From the NCBI GenBank assembly GCA_964187785.1, contig OZ076409.1, positions 52,392,001 through 52,456,000 on the forward strand: a stretch of 64,000 bases of DNA. Direction: 5' to 3'. This document shows positions 1 through 12,708 of the stretch, piece after piece. Every line of letters begins with the position of its first letter. Position 1 is the first letter of the stretch. A program made the translations under genes and the position numbers. Under the pieces are notes generated by a model. It was not told where the DNA came from. It ran no database searches and saw only the letters and a list, made by a program, of their open reading frames with translations. The stretch is from Amphiscolops sp. MND2022 (Eukaryota).

Positions 1-99
1 GGGGCTTTGGTCACCTTTGGATACAGGTTTATAGATCAAGAAAAGACCTTTCGAAAAGCCACTACATTATTCTGGCTAAGAGCCAAAAAACGCTGTCTA

Positions 100-907
100 C
101 CCCGGTTGAAAAAAAATGCCTTCCTTGGAAGGATCTTGCAAGATTTTCTTTCAAGGTCTTGCAAGATAATGCATTTTTCTGCAAGACATCTTGCAAGAAT
201 CTTGCAAGGAAAAAATTTCCTTGCAAGATTCTTCCAAGGAGAAAAATTTCGTGGAATGTTCTCGACAATTTTTTTTATTTTTTATATTCATTGTTTGACT
301 TCAAGTTGACTACTGCATCGTGACCATTAGATTCTGCCACAGAACGGGGTTTATTTACTAGAGGATTCAACAACCAAAAAGATGCAAACTCTAGAAAATA
401 TCTCTAAAAGTGTGATCTTAGTGAAGTTATTTAAAAAGTAGTTGTACATTTCAGTGACGCAACATTTAAAATACAGTTTCAGAGTATTCTGAAAATTTTT
501 TCTATCCAATTGTGTTTTGTACCAGTTAATGATTTGAAATTAGACTGTGCATCATATTTCGATTGAAATTATTTTTCAATTTGTTAAATTACCCTTCTGA
601 AATAATAGTTATTAACGTTTTTGACTTTATACTCAAATCACGACTACGTTAACATAATTTCTCAGTATGAAGTACATTGAACTCAAGAATCTTGCAAGGA
701 AAGCATTTCCTTGCAAGATCTTTCAAGGAAAAAAATTTCTTGCAAGATCTTGCAAGGAAAAAATTACCTTGCAAGATCTTGCAAGGAAAAAATTTCCTTG
801 CAAGATCTTGCAAGGAACAAATTTCCTTGCAAGATCTTACAAGTAATTGCATTTTTACAAGGATCTTGCAAGATCCTTGCAAGGAACGCATTTTTTCTCA
901 ACCAGGG
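100..907. mobile_element. TA-flanked foldback/MITE with TIRs and internal CTTGCAAG sub-repeat arrays
   Basis: Left end CCCCGGTTGAAAAAAAATGC matches the reverse complement of the right end (CCCTGGTTGAGAAAAAATGC). TA lies at 98-99 and 908-909. Arrays of the palindrome CTTGCAAG occur at ~125-240 and ~685-885. Confidence 0.85.
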
Positions 908-1481
908 TAAAAACCTAACAACAAATCATTACTTTAGGAATCAGTGTACGCATCTTTTCACAGCCTCGACGTGAACTTTAGCGACACGAATGCGTGCAAT
1001 AATGGTTTTTCTTCCAAGAGACGAAGCTTTAAGTCACACAACCGTTTCTTTTTAAAATCCTTTATTTAAATGAAATGAACGATATTACTGTTACATTCGG
1101 GTTCATTCTGGTTCATGATCTTACCGAGATTCGGTTCTAAAACTACAAACTTTCATTTATATGTCTAGAGTACATGTTAGTGTTGACAAATACAGAATAC
1201 AACAATACTAAATTAGATACATCATTTATTATACTTTGGTATTTACAGTACAGACCTAGACAAAAGAGATTCTCTTTTATAAATCTCTCTCTTCTTAACC
1301 CTTGAGTTTGTTAGAATAGAACAATTTCATTGTTGTGAAAAAGATAAACATTACCCTTTACAAAGAAACAGCGGAAGACTATGAGAAACAACATTTCATT
1401 TAAACAATTTTTTTCAAATTATTTAAGCAAGGGTAACAAACCTAATTTTCAATATGGCTTTCCATTTTCCATTCATTTCAG

Positions 1482-1982
1482 AGATCAGAAACTTGCAAAA
1501 ACTCCAACTCCGATTCCTAACATCTGCAGGACTTGTTCTCAGATCACTAAATGTCTGTATTCTCAACACTTTCAACAAACTCATTGCGCAACCCGAATGT
1601 GACGTCATACTGAACACAACACAAACAGACAGTTTCGCAACTTTTGATCACCTGAAAGCTTTCCAGTTGTGCAATGAAAAATGGGAAGTACACCTAGGCT
1701 ATCACACACCTTGGCTACCCAATGATTGTAACCTAGCAACCATCAGTGCGCAGGTGAATGAAATCAACGTGGAGCAAAAGTCGTTCGACAATAACGATTT
1801 TATCGAGATCTTGATACAAAGTTCACGATCTTTAAGAGCACCAGTGGACATTTTGGAATTCATCGATGTCTCCCTGGTTGTGTTTTCGTGGATCACAGAT
1901 GATGTAGTTTCACACAAATTCTTCTTGAAAGGACTTAAGTTGAACGAAAACGGAATGGTGTCAATTCGATCGTTTGATGAAG
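1482..1982 (+). CDS. Exon of LTD-repeat membrane protein gene (VNEINV...DFIEI module start)
   Basis: tttcag acceptor at 1481 and G|gtaatt donor at 1983. The open frame carries an LTD-like INEI...xFIEL motif. Confidence 0.75.
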
Positions 1983-2380
1983 GTAATTTTTTCCATCATT
2001 TTTTTGGCTCAATGTTTTTAGGCTTTAGAAGTTTCAGACCAAATTGATGTGCTCATAACGATTATTCTAAAAAACGATTATCTTGTTTTTCGTACGTTTT
2101 TTTGGTATCAAAAAGACTTAAAGTTTCAACAGTTTGGAAAAACTTGATGCGGAAAGAGTTAATCAAGATGTTCCGAGCCCAAGCATGCTCTTAAACATAC
2201 TGGTTCATTGTTTATTGGGTAACAGAGTTTTCAATCGCAAGTTCAAGTTATTTGACGCTATAATTCAATCTAATATTGTGTAGAAGAAACACCAAAAATA
2301 CCGAAACATAAATCAAGTAAACTTTCGCAGTCTGAATATTTTGTTATAAAAACTTATCGAATTATCTGATTTTGTTCCAG

Positions 2381-2492
2381 ATGAAAAGTTCACGATACAC
2401 TTGCAAGAAAACTTACTGATGTGTTTGCAAGCTCGTGAAAACAGATTAGAATTCAGACCTCAGGGCTGCAACAACGAAACCACTCAATGGAG
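2381..2492 (+). CDS. Exon of the same gene (CL...C...QW, ricin-B/beta-trefoil-like)
   Basis: ttccag acceptor and AG|gtgagt donor; phase-compatible with neighbours. Translates (D)EKFTIHLQENLLMCLQARENRLEFRPQGCNNETTQW(R). Confidence 0.7.
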
Positions 2493-2555
2493 GTGAGTTT
2501 TAGACTAATTATAGACCGATTTCGGATTTAATTTTTAGCCAATAATTATTCCCCG

Positions 2556-3148
2556 TTTTTAAGTCGGCGCCTTTTCCTTTAAGGAAAAAAGCCCGACTAT
2601 TACAGTGGGTAGTTTTTTTCACTTGACAATCTCACTCTGAATGGTCCACTTTTTACAATTTTCATGATTCAAGAATTTTAGCAAGCAAATTTATAAATAA
2701 TTGCACAAAAGCTTGCAACGTATTTTTACATCATCTAAGAAACTCAACGGGACCAAAGGCTACTCGCTTACAGTATTTTCAGCTCTGTGAGACTTTTTTT
2801 CGAAAAAATTTAATTTTTAATTTCTCCTTAGGGTCGGGTCCCCTTTCAATTTTTTTTGAGTTTTCCGATAGAATGGATGTTGAAAAATTCCAAAGGGCCC
2901 CCCTCCTTCAGTTTTTTTGGTATTGTGAGACTTTTTCAATTTTTTTCACCAAAGGACCCTCTTCAGTTTTTTTGATGATTTGCAACAGAATGGATGAAAA
3001 ACCTCGAAGTCTCCCCCCTGGTGCGCCATTTCGGTCCAACTTTTGAGTTTTTCGGGTACTGCAAAAGAGAATACTTTGACACATTGAAGTCGTTTAGCTA
3101 TTTTTGAGCCTTAGATAGGGCGCCGACTTGGGCCATTCCCGGCTTGTT
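2556..3148 (+). mobile_element. Helentron-type non-autonomous element (HINE/DINE-1-like), family A
   Basis: 5' subterminal AAGTCGGCGC and 3' inverted GCGCCGACTT, followed by short hairpin GGCCATTCCCGGCT; T-run flanks. Same ends at 3901, 12709 and 61653. Confidence 0.75.
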
Positions 3149-3504
3149 CAATTTTGACAAGAGTCAAGATCGTACACTCTCTATAGGAATTATTTGCCGA
3201 TTAAGCTTATCAACGTGCTGTGCTTATCAAATCTACTGTAAAGAGCTAATTGAAGGCAGCATAAGTCCGACTGAGAGATTAATTTTTTCCCGTATGAAAT
3301 GCATCAAGAAGTACATCAAAACCTCTATACAAAAGTATACAGATCATACAATCTCATAATTGTAATGAAACATGTCAACTCGGGATGTCATAGTAAAGGT
3401 GGCACTACATTTGTAACTACATTTGTGCTACTTACAAGGAAACTTTCATACCTTAACGACTTCAGTGTCACCTTCTTGTGATTTTTTGTATTTTGTGAAT
3501 TTAG

Positions 3505-3752
3505 GTTCTCAAAACTGGGTTTATTGATCAATGATGCCACAAATACTTATGCAATTGTCACTAAAAATGGCTTCGTTAGAAGTGAAAGTTTGCACGAAAC
3601 AATCGAACCTGCATCTGAGACCCAATTGGACAATTTATGGTCGGTAGAGGGCCACTTGCTCGAACACAAATCATCTAGATGCAAACTTCAAGTTTCAGCC
3701 AGTGGAGAAACGAAATGCTCCCCAAAATTGGGATCATTTTTGTCTTTCAGAA
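3505..3752 (+). CDS. Exon of the same gene (ricin-B-like continuation)
   Basis: tttag acceptor and A|gtaagt donor; in phase; overlaps ORF 3524..3835. Confidence 0.7.
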
Positions 3753-3900
3753 GTAAGTTGCACTTCAGACGTAGTTTTATATGGTTAATTTTTGCTAAGA
3801 TTAGAATAAATTTCTCTGTTATTTCACCGAAATGAAGTATACAAAAGACATTCCTCAGAAATAACATCATTTCAGACCTTGCCCGTGTCATAAGCTGGTG

Positions 3901-4983
3901 TTTTTATTCGGCGTTTTCGGACAAAAAGCACGACTCTTACAATCGTTTGTTTTTTCGTTTTGTTTTATAACGCCCAGCCAGCGCGCTATATTCGAAGTAT
4001 TGACGTTATATCCGAAGTCAGTTGCGTTTCACTGGAGGTGGGAGAATATTGCGCTGTATCAAACTTTTTGACGTTATATCCGGACTATTTTTTCTAAGGA
4101 GGAGGCGGAGGTTCGAAAAAAAGACCTCACATTTGTCGCAGCACGCTATATCGGAATTTTTGACGTTATATACGAAGTAAATTGCCGAGGAAGCCGAGTT
4201 AAAAACCACTTTTCCTAATTTTTTAACCGAAACCCAAAACCTTAATTTCGAGCAGAAACTAATCGTTTTGGAAGCATAGAGGGGCTCCTAGACTTACCGA
4301 GTCATTTTTTATTCAACATTTTTGAAAAAAGTGTTTTTAATTCAATTTTTTCATGTTTTTTAAGAAGAACCGTTTTCCAAGGCTCAAGGGGCTTGTGGTT
4401 ATTTTTAGGCCATGTGGAACTGATGAGATTTTTATCAATACATGTGGAAAAACCTACCGTTTTTTTGGCACTGCTAACTTTTTTCCGAAAAAAATCATTT
4501 GGTCAAATGGTATCCTCTTCACTTTTTAAAACGTTTTTGGCTCAGAAAAAATTGGAGGGTTTCTTTTTGGGTTTTTCGCCACTGTGAAATTTTTCCAGAA
4601 GGAAATAAATTTCGGCTTGTTTTTTTTTAAAAAATGAGCGTTTGATATTTCGAGATAGGTGCGACGTTTCAGGAAAAATCATTTTGTCAAAGGCTACCCC
4701 CTTGAGTTTTATGTTTTCGGCTTGAAAAAAGCGTTCAGCGAGCTCGAAGTTTTTTGTTCGGAACCATGACACTTTTTTTCAGGAAAAAATTGAAAAAAAA
4801 ATCATTTTGATGGTTCCAGTTGGGAAAAAGCGGTTTTCGAGTTTTATGGGTAGGGTGTAACTTCGGGTATTTTTTGGTGCTTTAAGGTCAGTAAAATCTT
4901 TCACAATGCTGTTCCTTGTCATATTCCAAAATTTGCTTTTGAAACTTGAGCGGTGCGCCGACGTTGGCCGTTCCCGGCTGGTT
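3901..4983 (+). mobile_element. HINE family A copy with internal GACGTTATATCCG repeats
   Basis: 5' TTCGGCG..CGACT; 3' GCGCCGAC..GGCCGTTCCCGGCTGGTT. Confidence 0.65.
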
Positions 4984-5089
4984 ATACATGAAATTATCAA
5001 AGTACACATACCGTAACATGAATTCATCTTGATTTCTAAACATCTGTAACAGCATGCCAATTTTTTATAACCTTGTGGTTTATTTTTAG

Positions 5090-5254
5090 GCATATCGAAA
5101 ACGTCCATTCTCATAAATGGCAACTTTCTCAGTAACTATGGAGGGATGATTGGTCTGTACAACTTGCCGACCTACAACTTCCCTATGGGGTCTCCTTTCC
5201 ATGAAAACGGACTGCTTGATCTAGTTGCATTCACGGCGCGAGCACATACTACTG
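5090..5254 (+). CDS. Exon of the same gene (second half of an LTD-like module)
   Basis: tttttag acceptor. Translates ...NYGGMIGLYNLPTYNFPMGSPFHENGLLDLVAF..., echoing GIALIY...IIDGLVY in the large exon. Phase 1/1. Confidence 0.65.
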
Positions 5255-5689
5255 GTAGCTGTTAAATTGACATCGCAGTATTACTCATCATGAGTTTTAA
5301 ATCCAAAAAAAAGTCGGGCACAATTTTTTCAAATCGCACCGACTAAAATTAAGAAAAAACCCTTCGAGTATGGAGGTACTTAAGAATGAACTTTACTATA
5401 ATCTTCACCACCCAATTATTTAATCAAAGTACGTACTTCGAGAAGTGCAAGGTTTAAAATAGACTCAATAGGTCATTCTGCAAAATAGGGTTGACCATAA
5501 GTCTTGTTATCGCAGTACAAAGTTCGTGGTCATGTCTCTGAGAAAAGATGTTGCGGATATTCGTACGTAAAAACGGAGAGATTCTCTTGCTGATTATTTA
5601 GATGACGTTCCAAATATTTCCATGCAAATTTTTATTGTAGAAACGTTTGATGTTCAAATTGACCAACTGTCACGGTTCGAGATTGTTTA

Positions 5690-6578
5690 CCCGGGTTTCC
5701 CGACCAGGCCAATCATAATCTGACCATATTATGGCACGATACAAATCATACAAATTTCCTTACTATGATCTTGCCATGATCGGCCTGGAATCATATATGG
5801 TCCAGAGTATGATTGGCCTGAAATCATATATGGTCCAGAGCATGATCAGCCTGGAATCATAATTTTTTGTTCCAAACGCGGGATGACGTGACATGCAACC
5901 CAAACAAAAATTTTCAAATATTGAGAACAGCCAGCTTTATAGGCTGAGGGTAATAGAGCCACATTTGACCTTTTGTATCTGCGAACGATACATTGCAGGT
6001 CAGAACTCCCTTAAGCTCTAAGCGGCTAAGTGGAGTTAAATACAAACTATAGTCGCTCAATTTGTTCTGCGCCACTCCTTAGTTAATAACTAACTCTTTT
6101 GTCATAGCAGTACCCACTTTGCCGTGTGATTTTCGATTATTTCGAGAAAAATTACCAATAATTCAGCACAAGCTGCCAAAAATTGACGATTGCTACCTTG
6201 TTTTCAATTTGGTGATTGTATTGGACCTTTGGTTGAGGAATATCTTGTAATTTCATCAGTGTATGCGTTAATTGACTACATTATCCTAATTTTCTTTTTA
6301 AGGCTCCAGGCTGATCATACTCTGGGCCATAAAGGTTTATGGTTCCAGGCTGATCATAGACTGAACCATATATGGCCCAGAATATGGTCAGGCTGGAACC
6401 ATAAACTTTGCTTTTTTATGGAACATGGCGTATCATAGACTGGACCATATATGTCCAGAGTATGGTCAGCCTGGAACCCTAAACCTTTATGGTTCAGAGT
6501 ATGATCAGCCTGGAATCATATTGTGAGTATGATGGCAGAGTATGATTGACCTGTTTTCGTATGGGAGGGAAACCCGGG
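5690..6578. mobile_element. TA-flanked MITE with CCCGGGTTTCCC TIRs and inverted ~33-39 bp sub-repeats
   Basis: TA|CCCGGGTTTCCC ... GGGAAACCCGGG|TA. Repeats of type TGATCAGCCTGGAATCATATATGGTCCAGAG occur in both orientations. Confidence 0.85.
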
Positions 6579-6680
6579 TACATTTAAGAAGTTAACGTAC
6601 TTAGTTGAAATTCACTTGTTGAAACGATTCACTTGTTGAAATTGCTTCACTTTGTCACAAGTATTATAAAGCTCCCAGCA

Positions 6681-7038
6681 TTTTTTAAGCGTCGGAAAAT
6701 TTCAAATTTTTCAAAAACTGTCCATAAAGATTTCATAAAATTGTGCACAGTCATTCTACACCCAAAAAGTGCTCCGGCGTATGCAATGGCATCAAAATCT
6801 TATGATGATTGGAATGTGGGAACATAGCCAAAATTAGCTCAATAATGACCAAAAAACGGCCATTTTTGGACTTTTCTCAATATTCTCAACAACTGTCCAT
6901 ACGATTCGAACGAAATTTTTTACAGTCATTCTAAACCAAATTAGGGTCCTATGTGTGCAATGGCATGAAAAGCGTATGACTAAGCCAAAATTACTTAACA
7001 AATAATCCGACTCTTTTACCGCACATGCGGTTGTGGTT
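6681..7038 (+). mobile_element. HINE family B copy (degenerate)
   Basis: Ends GTCGG... and CCGACTCTTTTACCGCACATGCGGT; internal unit shared with 32264-32826. Confidence 0.6.
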
Positions 7039-8457
7039 ATCATGTTTTTCGAAAACTTTTTCATGGGAAAAATGATTCCCAGTTGTATTCAAATTATATC
7101 AAGCAGCATTAAAGGTTCATGAGAAACGCATCAAATCCACTATTGAGTCTGAAATCGAAAAATATTCCGCTTTGTTATCCACAAGGTCAGCTTTGTTTCT
7201 CATCTATGCATCTGCCGTAGCACGAATCAGATAGCACGCTGATGATAGCACTGGTTAATATAACGCGTCTGAATATATTTTGCATCAAAAACTTCTGCAC
7301 CAATGGTAAAATTAGGGAGGTTTCAGCCGCATGTAAAAATAGTCAAAGTATTTTTAAACCCGCAAAGTTTGACGGTTTCAAATTACTGCCAAATTTTTGA
7401 TGATTTTCCAAAGCAGCTTTACAGCAGCAGCATAAATGTCAAATACCGCAGGGAATCACTATTGCATGAAAGTTTCTGCAAGAGTTTTTGAAAATAGAAG
7501 TCGTTGGAAATCTTAAGAACGTGTAAAAAACTGAAAAAATTTCAATAAAAGATTCTAAATTCGTTGACTTATTTAATGCAGATAAAATAGTTCATCATAA
7601 GGGAAAAGGTGAAAAGAGGAAACCAATTTTACATTAATAAAAGTTACACGTTTTCGGTTCAAATTTTTTAAAATTGGTTGAAATTGAACGACAACTAAAG
7701 CAAAGAAGGAGTGATTTCAATGTCTGCACCGTTTCTTGTAGTTTCCATTTTGACATAGTATGAATTTGACACAAAACGTTCCGTTGAAGCACGCAAAAAA
7801 TGGCAGAAATGATCGAAAGGAAAAGTCAAAAATTTTGATGTGACTAGTTTTTAGGAAATGTAATTCTCTGAAAATATATTTGTGCGTTTTTGTGAACTGT
7901 CGATAAAGTGGACAAACTCGTTTAAATAGATTACACGTATTATATAGACACCTCTAGGTGATTGTTTGACCTTAATTTCCCCGGACTAAGCACCCACATA
8001 GAACCGGAAAGTTAAAAAATATAGCATTTCTATGGCTATAAAATGAATATAATGTGTTATTTTGGTCGTTGAGAAAGAATTTTCGAAAAATATTTTATTG
8101 CAGGGTATTGAAAAGACAACCTGTTCCTTCACAACACTGCCGCCAGGCAGCTCAGTATTTCCAAAAATGTGCTTCCAACCTATAATTTTTTGAAAAAATT
8201 CTGATTATTAATTTGGAATTTTCTGAAGTTCAGGAATTTATTCATTTTTCATCTGAGGACTATAGTCGGGTGCTTATGAATACATGAGCATTCAAAAACT
8301 TAGCTAAAAATTTCATCATTCAACAGTTATTATAATTCACTGTAGTGAAGCATTTCGAACAAGTTAAGCGTCTAGATCTTCTCGATCAATGTGTTTTTCT
8401 TTAAAATTTAACTTTTATGAAAAGATCTAAACGTCAATTTAACACTTTTCAAAGCAG

Positions 8458-10171
8458 ATCGAAATATTCATTTGTTGCGTCATCAACATGTGAACGAAAT
8501 CTTGATTGATCGACCGTATTCCTATCATGACCATTCAATAAACAGATGTCGAAACGGGAAACTTCAAATCTTACCAACAACAAAAGAACTCCCAAACTAT
8601 CCATGTTATTTCGACAACCGACCGAAGGTTTTAAATCTTCTATCATCGTCTGACTCTGACATCAAATTCCAAGAATTCCGGTTCGTTTTGAACCAAGTCG
8701 TGATTACACTAGCAAATTTTGGGCCAATCAGATTGTTGCATCTCAACATGGGTTTACTGTTGTTTGGGTATTCCGCTAACAACGTTTTTGTGGCAAAAGA
8801 TTTTACCGAGACCCCATTCAGCTTCGAGGAAGAAGAAATCAAAATCAAGCTACAGCAACCTTGGGACAATATTTACTTTCTTATTTTTCCAGGAAAAATG
8901 TCTGATTTCGCATACTTTAATTTTTCGTGGGACATCCTGCAGAAAGTCTCAATTGACTTAGTCAGCTTTACAAAACGTGATTACGTCAGTCGGTTTCCGG
9001 GTGACAGCGCAGTCATTAGTTATGAGAATTTGGACGAAGCTCGTTTCTTACGAAACGATAAAGCCATTTGCCAGCCCTGGTTTGTAGACACCTCTTTCGG
9101 CCGATTGGGTCTTCACAGTGGACTGTGGGATAAACCTGCAAAGTTATCAATAAACGAAATCGACATTAATCACCTTGTTATTGAGTTCAAAAAACAAGGA
9201 ATGGATACGTTTTCTCCTTTTTATTCCCTGGCAATTCTTGACTACAGGAAAAAGTTGGTTGGTTGGTTCAATATTGATGTTTCATCAAACTTAGACTCAT
9301 TCGTTCAGCTGAACTTATCTTCCGCATTTAACCTTGCCAATTATGACAAAGTCACGTTTGCGAAACATCCGTCTGAAATATTTAATTCAGCCTGCCAGGC
9401 TTTGATTTTGCTGCCCTACCAGTATAGCTATTACCACACGTGCGGCCATATTTTAGATGAATACGAAGAAATGATAGTTTTCGGGGACTACTGCCATGGT
9501 AATTCTTTGACCTATTTCCCAAAGGTCATTTATATTCATACATCCATGAAAAACATACAAAGAAACAAACTGGCTATATCCCGATGTCCAAAAGTTGAAT
9601 GCCCTGTAGCTTTCCAGATGACAGCCCCTTCGCTTGGTTCTGAGAATTTCTGCATCAAGAGCGAAAAATGTCCGAAAGATCAACAGTTAACAGATAACTC
9701 TGTAGACGACACAATAAACAGGGTCACCCTGGATCAGTATACAAAAAACCTGGTCGTTAATGAAGTTGGCGGGTATATATCTTACAATGGGTACCCGAGT
9801 TTTGTGGAACTGGCAGGTTACCCGAAACTCGACCTTCATTTTTTGATGTTAACTGTTGCCTGTTCAAACAATGGTTTAGATTTCATTGAAAGCTCCTCGC
9901 TTTCTGATGAAACTCTCAATTCCAATGGGTTGTTTTTGATCAACTTGCGAGACTGGAAGCATAAAACATACAATTGCTCTTGTGTCGGTATAGCTCTGAT
10001 TTACAACGCACAGGGTGTCATGTTTTATGAGGTTGATGACTTCCATAATGCAGAGATCATTGATGGTCTGGTCTATGAGACTGGATATGAATGGGAGGTT
10101 GACCGGCAGAAGTGCCAGAAGCTGATTTACTTAATCACACCCGGGTCAGTACCTACTACTACCGTATCCAG
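8458..10171 (+). CDS. Large exon of LTD-repeat protein gene (about 3 further modules)
   Basis: ORF 8472..10283 has INEID and VVNEVG..FVEL motifs plus xRC...N.C end motifs. aagcag acceptor at 8457; AG|gttag donor at 10172. Confidence 0.8.
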
Positions 10172-10280
10172 GTTAGAATTCGAAACTGCAACTAAACCCA
10201 AAATCAGAGTAAATGAAGACCTGATAACATTTGTGGGAAGCACTTTAAAACTTGAACTAATAGCGATGAAGATTGAAGCA

Positions 10281-12321
10281 TAGCGACATCTTATATCAGG
10301 CGACAACTCATATCAATATGAAAAAGCGATAACTCATATCAGATAGGAAAAGACGAAAACTCATATCAAGTTTGCCAATAAGTTCCAAACATCTAAGTTT
10401 AACGTATTTATAATAACTGCAATTAGAATTTCCAAAATTTATTTGGCATTATTTTGAATTTTATGCGTTCTACTGACAATTATTCTCTCTGTGACCATTT
10501 TGGATCAACCATGTCGGCTGGATCGTAAAACCACTTTAGTAGTTGTTGTATTTCATTTTTAGCCCTTTTATTAGTCGGTGTATTTCATTTTCTGGTCATC
10601 CTGCACATTGTATGGTATCGGTTGTGCGTTCTGTTGTATCGGGTAATATCCCGGTTTTATTTGCATTTTTCCTTCGGCGTTTTTGATTGTATGGTTCGTT
10701 TTAAAAAAATTATTGAATTTTGTGTAGATTGTCTCTGATTGATTGGTTTCTTTGTCCAGTGAGATCTTGTTTTTTGTAACTGGTAATTGTTTCAGCCAAT
10801 TCACACCCGTTAATGTGTTATGCCGTTTCTCTTTGTGATTGGTAACGGCAGTTTCAATGATGTATTGTTGTATTCTATGTCCACCGACACTTTTCCCAAA
10901 AAATATATTTCGTTTTTGTTTCCATCTGGAATCTTTCCTTCATCGGTTGGATATCTTCCAACCATGTTGAACACTTTTGGGTTATTCGGCATGATGGTGA
11001 CCGGAGAGCCGGTGTCATTGGTCAAATTTTGTTCACTTCCGTATATCTTTGTTTCGAAACTGTAGTAGTCGTTGCCGTCCGGTATTGTCTTATTTATTTG
11101 TGTAATTCGGGGGACTTCTTCTTCGTATTTTTGGAAGTCATGTCTTCTGAATAGTTTATTCTTTTTGTATTGCTGTTGGTGTTGCTGCGGCATATCCGTG
11201 GGAAGTGCCGTAACTTTGACAGTTGTCTCATTTTACCATTTTTCTTCAAGCACTTGAATGGAGCGTCCACTTTTGTTGTCCGCTAAATCCGCAATCGTTT
11301 TTTATTGTTGTTTCCGCGTGCTTTTTTGTCTGTAATTTCTGGTTTGACTGTATTAGTTCTCGTTGTTTTTCTTTGTCTTTGGCTAATACGGGTAGTATGG
11401 TAGATTGTTTGTGCCGTCGGGCGTAGCTGTTATAGGTGACGATGTTTTGAGTTGTTTTCAAGTTGAATGTTTCTTCACGGATTTCTTTTTCCCGGAGTTT
11501 TTTTGTCTGTTTTGCAGGTAATATTATTTGAAATGGGTATTTCGTCTTGTTTTATGTCTTTGAAACACAATTCTTTTCCAGAGTTAATTTTTTTAGCCAG
11601 TGTTTTTCGGGTGTTCCGTCATCTTCTTGTTTTGCCCTGAAGAAATCTTCGCGGGTACGACAGGTATTTCGTTTCGGCAAGAAATGTTCCCGCAACGTTG
11701 TACTAATTTGTCGATTTGGATGTTCTCTGGGTCCATTCTTGCGGTGTGTATGGTTTCTTATCGTCTTCTCCGGCGTCTTCCAGTTCCGGTAAAGTGATAT
11801 TGGCTGCAGTCGCCTTGAATGGTCACTTTTTTGGTAAGCTTTTTAGGAAACTTGTGTAATTTTAAAACCAGATCTTGCTTAGTGCACCTTGTTAAAATCT
11901 TTAAACCTAGGGTTAAAACGATGTAATAATATGTTCATCTGAAGTATCTCGAATCTATCTCAGCAATACAACGATCAATTAGTAGCATATACCAAATGAC
12001 AGAAAGTAAGACAGCAATCTAATTAGAGTTTGTAAGACAGCAACTTTCTGTCTGAGGTTGTTCAGTTTGCATTTGGCAGTTTGACCTCTTCATTCCACAA
12101 TATGACAAGGAAGTTGATTATCGAACTGAATAGTTTTCTCTATTCACCTTAGAATTATCGATGTAATATTCAGAAGGTTTTTTGGGAACATTTTAATTCT
12201 GTGATGCGAGTTTTGATTGAAAAGAGTTATCGCTTGATATGAGTTGTCGCTTGATATGCGTCGTCGATTGATTTGAGTCGTCGCCTGATATGAGTTGTCG
12301 CTTGATTTGAGTCGTCGCCGT
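10281..12321. repeat. Element bounded by inverted GCGACAACTCATATCA sub-repeat arrays
   Basis: Arrays at 10281-10370 (+) and 12225-12321 (reverse complement, TGATATGAGTTGTCGC). Confidence 0.65.
10500..11830 (-). pseudogene. Degenerate Gypsy gag-protease-RT N-terminal relic
   Basis: DTGSPVTIMP aspartic-protease motif (ORF 10810..11193) and PIQQNAQPIPY pre-RT motif (ORF 10571..10804); many stops and frameshifts. Confidence 0.75.
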
Positions 12322-12708
12322 AGGGAATATTCCGGCATATTCTGATAAAAATTCAATAAAAAAAGGCAGTCGAAAAAACAATTTCGGAATCGTTTTAGCG
12401 ACGAAGCGTACCCAATAAACTAAAACTTGAAGTTTTTCACTTTTTTGTGTTATTGAAGCCATTTTTCTGGAAAAATTCAAATTTCCAAAAAAAGACAGAA
12501 ATTGTTGTTCGGTGAACCCTGTGGATACTTAAATTCGCAGAAAAACTCAAAAACCGAACGCACATTTGCGCCAAACGAGCAAAAGCTAGGAATTTTGACA
12601 TTTCGGTTGTTCAGTGCAATTTTGTATTTCGAAATGTTCAATAAAAATCAAATTTTGTTATTTTCCGCCCACTAATGATGGGGGAGGAGAATCATAATCT
12701 GTGTTGCG

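Noticed and set aside
7..974. ORFs rich in LARILQ/SCK
   Set aside because: Translation artefacts of the CTTGCAAG repeat arrays.
5760..6545. CRISPR-like regularly spaced repeats
   Set aside because: No unique spacers and no cas genes; they are MITE sub-repeats in a eukaryotic context.
10172..10283. C-terminus of the 603-aa ORF as the true protein end
   Set aside because: The donor at 10172 spliced to 14409 rebuilds the conserved SRC motif, so the tail is intronic read-through.
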